The notes under the pieces are model-generated. The model ran no database searches and was not told where the DNA came from. It saw nothing but the letters and a program-made list of their open reading frames with translations. A DNA stretch of 63,946 nucleotides, counting the filler, from Sarea resinae (Eukaryota): the NCBI GenBank assembly GCA_026026165.1. It is 5 parts of 5 records of this genome, joined end to end, with 100 filler letters (N's around TTAATTAATTAA, not from the genome) between each part and the next. Parts side by side here need not be neighbours in the genome. Positions count along the whole stretch, not along the records: positions 1 to 17,883 come from JAPEUD010000134.1; 4 more parts are not named here. One strand, written 5' to 3'. The translations under genes and the position numbers were made by a program. This document shows, piece by piece, positions 1 to 11,426 of this stretch (its first letter is position 1; the number at the start of each line of letters is the position of its first letter).

Positions 1-126
<126 letters not shown>

Positions 127-304
127 GACTATCCGTCTTTCTGACTCTCGTTCTTTCTTTCTATCGAAGGCAAATGATTGTTTGTTTGTTTGGTCTCTTC
201 CTTGCGTCTTCCTTAATGCAGCTCTGTAGTCACCCGTCTCCAAATCCCACTTCCGGCTTCTTTTTTTTTTCCATCCACCTGTCTGCCTGCCTATACCCAC
301 CAAC

Positions 305-1915
305 CTACCTCTTCGCCCTCCGAATCTCCTTCATCCCGCCCGGCATCCACCGTCTCAGCACCTCAGGAATAGCAACCACGGCCCGATCCTCATCCCACCC
401 GTTCTCCAACAGCGCCGCCACGACCCTCGGCACCGCGACGGCCGTCCCGTTCAGCGTCCAAGGATAGTCCAAGCGCGAGCCGGCTCCCGCCGCTGCTGCT
501 GCTCCTCCGCCGACCTTGGCATTCCCGCCCTGAGCACCATTGGCTCGAGGACCCGAAACCCGCACGCGCGTGCCCAGGCGCCGCGTCTGGTAGTCCGTGC
601 ACAGCGACAGCGAAGACAGCTCGCCCCAGCCGTCGCTGTGCGCGCGGCGCGACGGGAAAAAGGCCTCGATGTCGATCTTGCGCGTGGCCGAGGCGCCGAG
701 GTCGAGAGACGGCATCTCGAGGATGCGGCAGTGCAGGTTGAGGGACTGGAGGAACGTCGTCTGCAGCGCGAGCATCTCGTCGAAGAGGGCGGTAGACTGC
801 GACTCGGTGACGGCGCCTTCATTCGCATCCGCCGCGTCCGGCATCGTCCAGGCGAACATCTCCACTTTGGTGAACTCGTGCACCCGATATAGCCCCTTGG
901 TGTCGACGCCTCGGGCACCCGCTTCGGCCCGGTAGCTACGACTCACGCCGATAGTTTTGAGCGGCAGCGCTTCCTCGTCCAGCGTCTCGGTTGCTTTCAT
1001 CGCCGCCAGTGGGATTTCCGCCGTGCCAGCTAGACTGAGCTCGGGTTTCCGTTTGTCTTTCTCTGGCTGCTCGAGGGCGTAGATCTGCTGCTCGCCATTC
1101 TGGTCTCTCGGACGGAAGCCGCATGCGTTGGCGATGTGCGAGTAGACGATCGAGGGGGGCGAGACAACCCTCCACCCCTTTTCGATGGCGAGACTGAGCG
1201 CGTATTGGATGAGGGCTTGCTCGAGCAGGGCGGCTTCGTTGACGAGGTAGTACCAGCCCCAGCCCGTAGATTTGGCCGCGGCCGCGAAGTTAAGTAGTTC
1301 GAGCTCGCTGCCGATATGGACGTGGGAGCGCCACACGCGGTCGGAGGAAGAGGGCGAGGGCTCAGGGTGTTCGTTGATGTAGCCCAGAAGCTTCGGCTCG
1401 GCACCCGTGGGTGTGTTGGGGGAGGTGAGGTTGGGGAGTTCGAGGGCGAGATCCTCAATCTCCGACGTGAGAGACTCTTCTTTGGCTTCGATCTCGGAGA
1501 GCTGGACCTTCAATGCTCTGGCTTCTTCCAGTAGCACATCTCTGCTCTTGGCCTCCGTTGACGACTCTCCGCATACCGAGGGAGGGTTCGTGAGTCTCCT
1601 GCGCAAGTCATTGTTTCGCTCTCGTAGTCCACGAGCGCTCTTCTGTAGACTTTGCCATTCGTCGAAAAGCTTGATGATTCGACTAGAACTCGAGCTCTGC
1701 GCTTGATAATTGCGGTCCTGGCAGTTCCTGGTGTAGAGGTCGGGGTTCTGGCGAATGTGTTTGATGTCAATCGAGGGTTTCGGCGCATTAGAAGGTCTGT
1801 TTGCGATTGCAGCGCGAGGTGTGCAGGACGAGAATGGGCGGCGGAAGCATCCTTTGCCAGCAACTCGCAAGTGACAAGAGAAGCATTTGTATGGAGCCAT
1901 TGTTGACGAAGCCAT
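305..1915 (-). CDS. DIA4: Seryl-tRNA synthetase, probably mitochondrial (Dia4-like), intronless
   Basis: Class II aaRS motifs LAGTAEIPL, YRAEAG...GLYRVHEFTKVEMF and TLNGTAVAVPR; N-terminal coiled-coil arm; Arg/Ser-rich presequence-like N-terminus. The ORF track starts at TTG 1939; the first ATGs are at 1915 and 1900. Confidence 0.9.
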   Translation of the reverse strand: MASSTMAPYKCFSCHLRVAGKGCFRRPFSSCTPRAAIANRPSNAPKPSIDIKHIRQNPDLYTRNCQDRNYQAQSSSSSRIIKLFDEWQSLQKSARGLRERNNDLRRRLTNPPSVCGESSTEAKSRDVLLEEARALKVQLSEIEAKEESLTSEIEDLALELPNLTSPNTPTGAEPKLLGYINEHPEPSPSSSDRVWRSHVHIGSELELLNFAAAAKSTGWGWYYLVNEAALLEQALIQYALSLAIEKGWRVVSPPSIVYSHIANACGFRPRDQNGEQQIYALEQPEKDKRKPELSLAGTAEIPLAAMKATETLDEEALPLKTIGVSRSYRAEAGARGVDTKGLYRVHEFTKVEMFAWTMPDAADANEGAVTESQSTALFDEMLALQTTFLQSLNLHCRILEMPSLDLGASATRKIDIEAFFPSRRAHSDGWGELSSLSLCTDYQTRRLGTRVRVSGPRANGAQGGNAKVGGGAAAAAGAGSRLDYPWTLNGTAVAVPRVVAALLENGWDEDRAVVAIPEVLRRWMPGGMKEIRRAKR

Positions 1916-2108
1916 TGCTGAAGCATCCAAAAAGTGCAATTGCTGATATCAATTGCGGATGCTTTGCACCTGGCTGTCAGGTGGCACTCAGTGGACTGTT
2001 GAACAGGTGAATAAACAGCTGAGGGCTGGATCTCCCCGGATCAAAAGATGCGCGGCGATTGGATCGATAAGATAACGGAGGGTCCAAAAATAAAATATCC
2101 AAAAAATC

Positions 2109-2211
2109 TGGCGGTGCCCGGAATCGAACCGGGGTCTATTCGGATCAATGATCCAATCGAAGATGATTACATAACCACAACGAATCGTACTGACCACTAT
2201 ACTACACCACC
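2109..2211 (-). tRNA. tRNA-His(GUG) with a 31-nt intron (2144-2174)
   Basis: Minus strand reads GGTGGTG TAGTATAGTGGTCAGTAC G ATTCG TT GTG G [intron] C CGAAT AGAC CCCGG TTCGATT CCGGG CACCGCC A. It has an acceptor stem, A box, anticodon GTG (2176-2178), intron at the canonical 37/38 position, B box and a T-run terminator (A6 at 2101-2106 on +). Confidence 0.93.
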
Positions 2212-3232
2212 GTTGTGATAGAATGGAAGATAATGTACTCTATGTATCTGCATTGGCACCACTGCGTGCGTCCAAATCAAATGCGAGATGCTGCAAACCA
2301 AATACCGAATTTGGCACTCTATTTAGAAGTGAAGTACCTAGGCCACCCAAACAGCCAAGTCTTCCAACATTGCATATCCTCAGGGGTCGGCATTGACTCG
2401 CAGGCTATGTTTCATGGGACAGAGACCTAACAAAAATCCCTGGATATTCTCGGATCCGTAGGACTCGAGCGCAATTCTGAGGCAGCAGTATCTCGTGGAT
2501 CTCAACCGGGAGTGTCACACCGCAGAGGTTTGGAAGAGCCCCTGGAGTCCATCCTCCGTGGCTTAGATGGATAGGAAACAGGCTTTTGAAGATGCCTACA
2601 AAGGATTGTTTGACAATGTATCCTCCATCTTTACCGGTGATGACTCTTCCGAGACTCTCTGTGACGAATCTTTCGATTCTAGCGTTGTTCGCCGCAAGCC
2701 TTCAGAATTTCTCAAGATATTATTAAAGCATGATACCAACTGAGCGGCAGTAGAGGCGAACTTCCCCCCCCTTCCCCTCCCCCCTCCCCCTCCGATCCCC
2801 AGCGCCGTGCCAATGTCTCTAGAATACGCCTCGAGGCCTCTAAACCACCTGGGCGATTCTAAACCAAATACATTCCATTCTCCCAGAACCCGAGTTGATG
2901 GAAAGTTCAATTGCAAGCGGAGAGTCGCTTCTTGGGTACTTTGCAAACATCGAAAGAATCGCTGACAGAATCTAGACTTTTGAAAACCGGAAAGGCTAAT
3001 CATGCTCTTCAATGCTTGAGAATAGATGATAGACGTCAACACACCAGATGATCTTTCACGTATAAGAAGGCGATTGATATAACCTAGCCGAAATAGCCCT
3101 TTACGTGTTAATAGCACAGCTTTCTAGTTTGATTGCGTTTTGATTTTGATTTAGATCGAAGGTGGAGATATACCCCTTAGATTGTTTCGGAACGATACTT
3201 TTCTCTCAGATGCAGGCGAGACTAGACAAGCT

Positions 3233-6200
3233 CTACCTTAAGAAAAGCCTTTTAAGTAGTTTGTAGCGTTTTGATCTTGATAGAGATCTTTCGGCACCAA
3301 GATACAAGGCTTCTCCTTGGAGGCTCTCTCTTACACCTGCTAAAATCTTGTCCTCTATCGCAGCCTCTAAAGCACGAAGTGTATCCTTTATCCTCTGAGA
3401 ATCCGGATGATCAGATCCGAAGACTCTCCAATTCCTACCAGAGCCTTTATATACATGACCCTAGCTTTTTTGATATAGCTTGGCGTCCAAAGAAAGAGCC
3501 AATACCCTAGATTGCGTTCAGCGCTTAATTTTAAGTAGCAGCATTGTCTGCATCAAGAGCCTGCTTGTATCCTTGCAGCGCTCGCTGTCATACTCCGGAA
3601 TATCTGCTGGTACATCTGCTCTGCCTTGCCAAGCTTGTCCTGGTCAGTGTAGAGGAGGCCTAAGTTGTTGACTGTGTCGAGTGTAGACGTGTGCTCAGCA
3701 CCAAGGGCCCTTTCGTATCCTTGCAGTGCCCGCTGATACATCTTCTCTGCGTTACCCAGCTTGCCCTGGTCAGCGTGGAGGAGGCCTAGCGAATGGACTG
3801 CGCTGAGTAGTACATCCTCTTCCTCTGCCGCGTTAATCTCTAGGCTTGACTTGTCCTGAACTCTAGAACTTTCGCTTCCTCTGGCCTGTTGATATCCATC
3901 GAGAACACGCCTGCGCGTGAGGTAGGAGCCGGCGCTGTATAGTAGAGGATTCCCGGGATATTACGGCGCAACCAACGATGATCGCCGCCAGTTGAGCTAG
4001 CTGTTCTCTGCAATCCTCGCCCTGGAAGTAGTACGCCCATCTATGGACGACCGGATGAATAGCATAGCTAGCTGTATCTCTGACATCCTCGATTAGCGAG
4101 TAGTTGCGTAGCAGTCGAACCGCCTTCGCGAATTCTAATTCATTGGCTACAAGGTCTCCGATCCATTCGGACAAGCTAGTGGCAGTAGCTGTAGAGGCGC
4201 TGCATGCTGCTGCAAACAGACCATGCCAGAGGTCTTGGCTGTCAAGATGTGCCCAGAGTAGAAGCAGGTTGGCTGCAGCCACATGCCTTTCCCGAATGGC
4301 ATTGTATGTGATAGTCCATGTTGTCCAGATACAACTGTGGTAGTCCTGGAGCGGGGCGTCGGCCAGGTCTCCTGAACCCATAAGCTCCTCCCACTGTTGC
4401 TCATAGAAATCGATATAGGCCTCAATCCCAATTCCACTTTCCTGTAAGTAGCCAGCGGCCTGCGCAATTGCTAGCGGGAGACCGTCGAATAAGCCTAATA
4501 AGCGCTCGCCCTGGGCCGGGTCTGTAAGAGTATTGTGAGCTTTGATGTCTGTATGTTACCATGATAAAGTCTGTTCTTACTATACTTTCTCGTATACCGG
4601 GTCCGGAGAATAGCTTCTGCTTGATCTCCATCAACCTTGCCTAACTTCCGCGAGCCTCCCAGCTGCTCTAATTTAGCTTGTCGACTGGTGATCAGAACAG
4701 ATCCATGGTCGATGCTAGAGAAGTAGCGCCTCACATCGTATGCATCAGGGTCGTAATGTTGAGAGCTATATTCTCTATCGACATTGTCGAAGATAAGCAG
4801 CCAGTTAGTGTTGTCCTTCTGAGCAAGCCAGCTTAAAACCTCTCGGACGACTATATTAATGTCACCATTACTGTCTGCAGAGTACATCTTACTCGACTCG
4901 GAAATCTGGCCTCCTGGGATTTTGCTCGCGGAATTGGAAAGGCTCTGCTTAAGGCTGTCCTCGGTCCTTCCATCTATCCAGAACACAGCACTAAACTTGC
5001 AGTGATGCTGCCGGGCAAACTCAACGGCCAGCTGCGTCTTGCCTATGCCACCGAGCCCATGAAGCACAAATATCTTCTGCCGATAGCTCTGCCGTTCTGG
5101 TAGGAGCACTCGTTCAAGCTCTGCCATCTCGGCTGGTCGGTTCACGAATTTGTTTACTCTCGGGACATCTTCGAGGCTAAAGACCGTTCGATATTCTCCA
5201 AGATCTATATAATCGTTTAGCTAGATGACAGATGAGGCATGCCTTGATTGAACATTTGGGACTGACATTCTCGTCCTGCCACATTGTCTGCGCATGCCTG
5301 CAGTTGCTTGAACACAGCCTGGGATCCGACATAGCGCCGCGTAGCTGCAACAATCTCCTTCCTCTTCTTCGACTCCTCGAGCCCAATCTTCTCTAACCCG
5401 CGAACAACGTTAAATCGGTAATACTGGCCATTATCATCGAGGTGTGACTTGTCTCGGCGAAACCTCTCTGCAGTCTGCTCTGTCTCCGTAGCAATTGCAA
5501 CGAGCGTCTTGCCGATGTGGAAGACCGCATCCCCAAATGGCTTTATCGAAGGGACGCCGGTACCGATCGAGACCAGACATTTGATCCTGCCCTCAAGCGG
5601 CTGCGGTCCCCACATCAGCTTAGCCTGATTCCATACCTCCCATACCGGATTGTTGGCTCCTGCGGTGCCTACCACAAATTCTTCTTCATACCGACCGATA
5701 GCAACAGGATCAAAGAAGGAGGACGCCGCCGAAGTTGCACGGCAGGCTTCCCATATCTTAACGCTGTTCAGGAGGTCACTATTCCCGCGCGGCGACCTGT
5801 AGCTTGTGAGACACACTGTTTCGCTCGTCTGTTTGCTTGTCGCGCATACGAATCTGTGTTGATTAGTGCTTAAGCACCCAAAGCAAATATAAGGCTGATA
5901 TACACTTTGCATGCATCATCTGATACGTCCTTTAACAATATATCTTCTTGTAGTCCTTGTGCTATTACCACCTCCTTCACAGCGCGCGCTAGCTCCTCGG
6001 AGTCAAATCTGCCTTGAATTTTACCCTTTATCGTGACGCGATGCCGCTTCTTCTGGAAGACTCGGTCTGAAAGGGACAGGTAGGCGTTGATACAGTCGCC
6101 AATGCTCATCTTCAGCCGGCCGAGCATGATTGCGATAAGCCTGGTCAGTCAGCATATACGTCTATCTGCGAATACTGCTATAACCTACCCGCCAGTGCTT

Positions 6201-6349
6201 GTTCCTCCAATCATGTCAAAGTAGTCACACGGCTTCGGAGGGTTCTCTGGGTCGATGGTTTCCATGAGTTGCTCCAGGATAATGAGCGCAGACAGGCCGC
6301 GCACCCCACCGCCATCAATCGCAAGCAAGCAAAGGTCCTTGTCTGGCAT
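3233..6349 (-). pseudogene. Fungal NLR (patatin/PNPLA - NB-ARC - TPR) with a disrupted C-terminal TPR region
   Basis: ATG at 6349, four GT-AG introns. Patatin motifs DGGGVRG and GTSTG; P-loop GLGGIGKTQLA; Walker B WLLIFDNVD; GLPLA; HPVVH; TPR units (LGLLYTDQ...MYQRALQGYERALGAEHTSTL). The upstream frame stops at 3863 and the TPR frame is shifted. There is a 22-bp insertion near 3584-3609 and several stops in the last repeat; the original end reads SKRYKLLKRLFLR* at 3233. Confidence 0.88.
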
Positions 6350-6436
6350 ATCTAGGAAGTGAAAAGGCTCTCAGTGACAATTTCGCCGAGTGAAGATGCC
6401 AAGTTGATTGTCGAGTTTGGAAGTGGAGTTGGATCC

Positions 6437-6491
6437 AGGCTGGCGCCTCCATTGAGGCTGGCGCCTACATCGAGGCCGGCGCCTACACCGA
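6437..6491. repeat. Three imperfect 18-bp tandem repeats upstream of the NLR start
   Basis: AGGCTGGCGCCTCCATTG / AGGCTGGCGCCTACATCG / AGGCCGGCGCCTACACCG. Confidence 0.85.
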
Positions 6492-7864
6492 CTCAGCTGA
6501 ACGGCATCCTCGTGTAGAAGTAGCCAACTCATGGCGGAACGTTGTAGGAGGACATGGCTGTCTGTGCATCCCGATTAGTGTCGGGACTGATCCCTGTTTC
6601 ATCATGGACTGCGCGGCTACTCACATTGGGCAACTCAGAGGCCGACCTGATAGCATCGGCATTGACAGGAATTCTACCGCGTCTGAGAGCAAGGCATGTG
6701 GTCGCAGGGCCTGTATCCTTCAAGGTAGCCTCGCCATACCTTGATTTCGTGGGGTATCGGGGTTTAGCGTGAGGTTTAGGATAAGGCTTAGACCTGGAAG
6801 AAGAAAATGTGAGTCCGAGAGAGTAGAATGTAGAACGTACTCCGATACGATTGACCGACCTCCCGAGACAAGGGCCTAACAAGAAGACGTAATCAAAACA
6901 AAGCTATCAACTCCATAGCTTCCACCAACCTCCGTTCGGAAATGCACCAAGCACGTATCTATTGCGCTAGAGATAGCAGATCTCAACGCAGCACAGTGAC
7001 TTGCTTTCATCGTGTATTCTTGAGTTGAATATAAAGTGCTGCCTTGATAATAAAAATATCCTTGTATCTCTCAAAGCAGAAGGGTTTGAGACTAGATATA
7101 CAGGCTTTATTCAAACCCGAAAGGACCTAGAAATTCATTAGAAAGTTGATTATTGCAACCAGTAAAAGGCTGACAGGGCGCTACTTGAAATCGTTCAGAA
7201 AAAGTTTGATAAGGTTGAGGCACAACTGATAGATATGGCCAAGGTTATGCATACACTCATTTTCACTCAGGAAGTCAGTGTCAGAAAAATGAAAGCAATT
7301 TAATCGTACGTATCGTACGTACGTAGGAAACAAACCACACCTAAATTCCCAGGTGATCGCAAGGTAAACCGCAGCTGCTTGGTGGAGTAGGTTATTGGCG
7401 GCGATGAAGCAGTGAGTTTGGTGGGGTCGGCTCGCGAAACCTCTATTGTCCGGAAGCTCGATTTAGGCGGCCATACATCAGCAACCAACGTTCCTCATGC
7501 TCTTAGTCCTTACACTCTAGAAATGGATATTTAACAGGGAACGTGTTTTCAATATTCTCAAGTTACAGCCCAACGTGCCCTACGCGAAGAGAAATGTTCC
7601 AAAAACTATGCCTTACAGTGAAGAACAGCAGCGCGATCAGTGGAGTTTATGGGTAACCCAGAAAGAAGAAAAAAGTCAGGAGCATATGAGTCGAGAAAAT
7701 ATCTGAATTTCTTTAACGAGAGTCCAAAGCTTCTGAAAACTATCTTCCCTTATTCCTGGATACCAGGTTTGGGAAAGCAACACAAAAAATCCCCTGAAAA
7801 CCAACATCTGCTACCATGACAACGATTCCGTGCCTCAACAAAAATAAACCGTACGCCTGAATAC

Positions 7865-9169
7865 TTATCGATACCTCGGTGGCGTTTGTGTTTCACTGGC
7901 CAAGCTTGATCCCGAACGCCTTTTGTTCCGCGCATTCAAAGCCTTTCCGTGCTCGGGTGAGTGTCTCTCTGGCACAGGGTCGTAGCCTGCATACCAAGGA
8001 GAATTCGTTCGGAGAATCGGCGAAAACTTTCGCTGCACGGGCGAAGATGCTCCTCGAGACGCAGATGGAGAGCCTCTGCCAGCCATGAACGGAGAGACTC
8101 CATCATAGCCAGATGATGAGCCTTCGCCCTGAAGCACAGGTGAAGACGCTCCGTCATAAGTAGCAGGTCCTTCTCTAAACCTATAGGTAGACTCTCCACA
8201 AATGCTAGGACACGCTGCTGTTGGAGTCGAAGGTCCCCCTAGCGCATCGGGAATTCCTCCCTCTCCTCGATCATCATATCCGTCCACTGAGTCATCGGAG
8301 GCAAATTGTACCCTTTTGCTCTGTTTGCGGCTGTTAACAACTGTCAGTCATACTCCTCTTTGAAGGCCTCTATGCCGCCATCGTGAAGCAAGGTCTTCGA
8401 ATAGAAAAGTATGGAAGAGAGGATTCATTCGCCACTTACTTGAAGCTGAACTTTGCCGGATCAATCCCAATTAGAGGAGCTAGTCTGTGCGCCTCGTTGA
8501 TATGCCATTGGATATTCTTCCTCAATAATTTCTTGCAGTCGAAAAACGACTGAATACGATCCTCTACGTATCTAGCCTCGCGACGTCGAGCTGTTTCTTC
8601 CTGAAGCCTGTTCATGACGATGATATCGAGATCCATGCATTCATTCAAGTAGTGGACGCGATTGGCAAGTGTCTCCTGCTGTGCAAGATGGTAATTCAGT
8701 ACCCCTTCAACGTCTTTTTTCAAGCGTGGAGTAGGGTCGGGCGGGGGTGTTCTCGGACGTCGTGGAATTCTGACTGGAGGTTCCTTGGGTGGTTTCTTGG
8801 GCGATACCTTGGGCGATTTCTTGGACCTTCCGGGCAGCGATATGCGCCCGCTGGCGCTACGAGAGATCATTTGACCGGTATTAGACACCAATTCCATCGC
8901 TGTCAAGATCAGCATGAGGCGCCAAATACCTCATGATAGGTGTGTTTGTTCATGTTGGCAGAGGCGGAGTGAGAGGCTAGTGGCTGAACATTGAGGTCTA
9001 GGAACTTACTCCATTCTTTAGAGCCAGGGCGGCGAAGAGCTTTTTGACGTTTCACTTCAGCGATTTCTTCCGACGTGGTTGGAGATATAGTAGTCGTCAA
9101 CTCTGGATGGAGGTCCGGCAACTCTGGAAGGTTCACGGTATCGGGGAAGAATGATGGGTCCATCTTCAT
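7865..9169 (-). CDS. Hypothetical three-exon protein (orphan)
   Basis: Introns 8900-9009 and 8331-8439 (GTAAGT donors, CTGAT/CTGAC branch points, CAG acceptors) join three separate ORF-track segments in frame. No family recognised. Confidence 0.6.
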
Positions 9170-9680
9170 GTAAACATGAACGTCAAGCAGAAGGAAATGA
9201 GATTCGAAGTTAAAAATCCAATACAAAGAACAGTACCACAATGGTATATATAACGATGGCCGGTACGAGCCTTTTGCGAGTAGAAGTGGATGCCGTGATG
9301 CTCATGAAATGTTTCAGCGCGTACGGGTCGAAGAGCAGCCCAGAGCCATGTTGTGGGGTAGGTCACCAAATCATGGCTAAAGAGGGGAGGAGCGACAGAG
9401 ACAAGAATGCAAACAAGGATTCGATATCCCTTAGCCGCGCAGTACAATCGATCTCTCGGAAGGACATGTTTTCGTAGATTGCGCTATTGTACGCGAAAGA
9501 AGAGGGGTAGTAGCGTCCATAGAGATACTCGGACACAAACATTGAGATGACTTGAGAGAGGATGCCGAAAGATGACGCCGAGAATGAGGAAGTCGCTGCT
9601 GAACGGGGGGCTTGAACGGGATTGGAAGTCTCTCAGAACATAGATCAATTGTGAACAATCCGTAAATATATCATTCACAG

Positions 9681-11426
9681 TCATGCCCAAATGCCCAAGG
9701 TCCAGCTCGAGCGATCTCCCGTCCCGCTTCTAAGGGTGCCAGCTGTGACACTCTGTCGCTGCGGTACTACACTGACTTCGGCTTCTCTGTTGGCGCCAGC
9801 TAACCCGTGCTGCAAATACCTCTCCCGATCAATCTCCACCACTCCCCTGACTTTCAAGCCAGCAGCAAGACTTCCTCCAGCCCAAGATCCCAGTGATTGA
9901 ACACCCCGTACAACTCCATGTACAGATGGCTTCGAGATCTTTGCTTCTTCCCGACGTAGTTTTTCCTCGGTCGGATCTGGTTCAGGGTCCATGAGCCCTG
10001 GTTGTAGGACGGGCATTTCGTCCATTTCGCCGTCTGTCTGCTCGCCGGTCTTGCGTGTTTCGAAGGGATGTATAGCGGATTGGCGGTTCTGACTGCGCTC
10101 CTTCAACCTTCGTCGATGCTCATCCGCGGCTTTCCCACGGATAGCATCCCAACCTCGTTCTTGCACGAGCGCCGCCACCTCGTCCACAATTCGACGCTTG
10201 ACGCCTGGAATGTTCGCACCGCCACCAGTGATGACGATACGAGACACGCAAGTACCCCGAACATCCAAGGGAAGAGCAAGCAGAGCATTGTACGTAAGGA
10301 GATGCAAAGGTTGCTCGTCATCATCCAGGTCTCCTGGAATTCTGTCCGCAGCAAACCATGCGGATTCAATAGGATCAGCGAGCTGACTGAATGGGATGTC
10401 CAGATATGTGAATGGCGTAGCGGACTGGAGTGGTATTGAGATACTTTTATCTGCTGATTGAGCAGGTAAAGTCAAAGGACTTGCGCTTTCATCCTCAGCA
10501 ACGTTGACGGATGCTGCGTGACTTCCAGCTTCTGAAGCTAGTGGGTCGACCTGAGAGCCATCCGCTATTCTTTGCCTGGCCCCATCGTAACTTCGACACC
10601 AGCCCACTTTCGCAATGATTTCTTCGCAGTCTTCGAAACTCAGCTCATCCGGTCCGTTCTTCTCCGTCCTTGGACCTCGGCCCTTAGACCTTCCTCTCTT
10701 CTCCTGGAGCTTTCGAGAAAGCATATCCCCCATTTCTCGACTCAGTATTCTTCCCGCTCGCTTGCTCCAGCTGTGGTGCACCTCCCTGTATTCGAAGACG
10801 CCAGTCACTGTGGTCTCGGCCCAGCCAATGTCGACGACTAACGCTGAACGGAGTCCAGCCCCGACAGCGGACAAAACGGGACTTGGGAGTAGAGTAATGT
10901 TAGGAAAATAGAAGTTACTGAATAGCGTTGACAGCAGGGTATCTAAGAGTGGATGTGGCATGACTGGGGGAAGGACGAGCAGTAATCGCCGCGGCCTTGA
11001 GTCCGTCAGAAGATATTTTGTGTATGCTTCTCGGACAGCCCGCTCCACCTTGTCCTCCACCAGGCCCAGATCGACGCCTCTCAGATCCATGCGCCACAAT
11101 TCATGCTCCTCTCCCCAATCGCTAGTCCTCTTTCTCTTCCTACGATACGGGTCGTAGCTTGGTTGCCATTTCCTATAATCGCCCACTCTCCGCTGTTCCT
11201 CGGGTCCGAAACCTAGAATGCATCTTGGAGTGTTCTCGCCTGCAACACCGGCCCTAAAGAATCGCGCACCAAATTCGAATATGAGGAAATCCTCATCGCC
11301 GCGAAAGCTGGTGGAGGGTGAGGGTGAGAAAGTGGTCGATATGTTGCGTTGCGGAGTGTGAGGAGCTCCTGAGAGTGACGAGGGTTGATAGTGAGATAAT
11401 GAGGGTCGAATGCTAGATGAGGCCAT
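9681..11426 (-). CDS. ARP10: Actin-related protein of dynactin (RO7/Arp10/Arp11 family)
   Basis: 581-aa actin-fold ORF with FEFGARFFRAG, ALVVDIGWAET, IVITGGGANIPG and GSWAGGSL; C-terminal WTLGIWA typical of fungal RO7. Confidence 0.85.
   Translation of the reverse strand: MASSSIRPSLSHYQPSSLSGAPHTPQRNISTTFSPSPSTSFRGDEDFLIFEFGARFFRAGVAGENTPRCILGFGPEEQRRVGDYRKWQPSYDPYRRKRKRTSDWGEEHELWRMDLRGVDLGLVEDKVERAVREAYTKYLLTDSRPRRLLLVLPPVMPHPLLDTLLSTLFSNFYFPNITLLPSPVLSAVGAGLRSALVVDIGWAETTVTGVFEYREVHHSWSKRAGRILSREMGDMLSRKLQEKRGRSKGRGPRTEKNGPDELSFEDCEEIIAKVGWCRSYDGARQRIADGSQVDPLASEAGSHAASVNVAEDESASPLTLPAQSADKSISIPLQSATPFTYLDIPFSQLADPIESAWFAADRIPGDLDDDEQPLHLLTYNALLALPLDVRGTCVSRIVITGGGANIPGVKRRIVDEVAALVQERGWDAIRGKAADEHRRRLKERSQNRQSAIHPFETRKTGEQTDGEMDEMPVLQPGLMDPEPDPTEEKLRREEAKISKPSVHGVVRGVQSLGSWAGGSLAAGLKVRGVVEIDRERYLQHGLAGANREAEVSVVPQRQSVTAGTLRSGTGDRSSWTLGIWA

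Noticed and set aside
2596..3117. 173-aa ORF downstream of the NLR
   Set aside because: Non-ATG start and no recognisable motif; not supportable as a gene.
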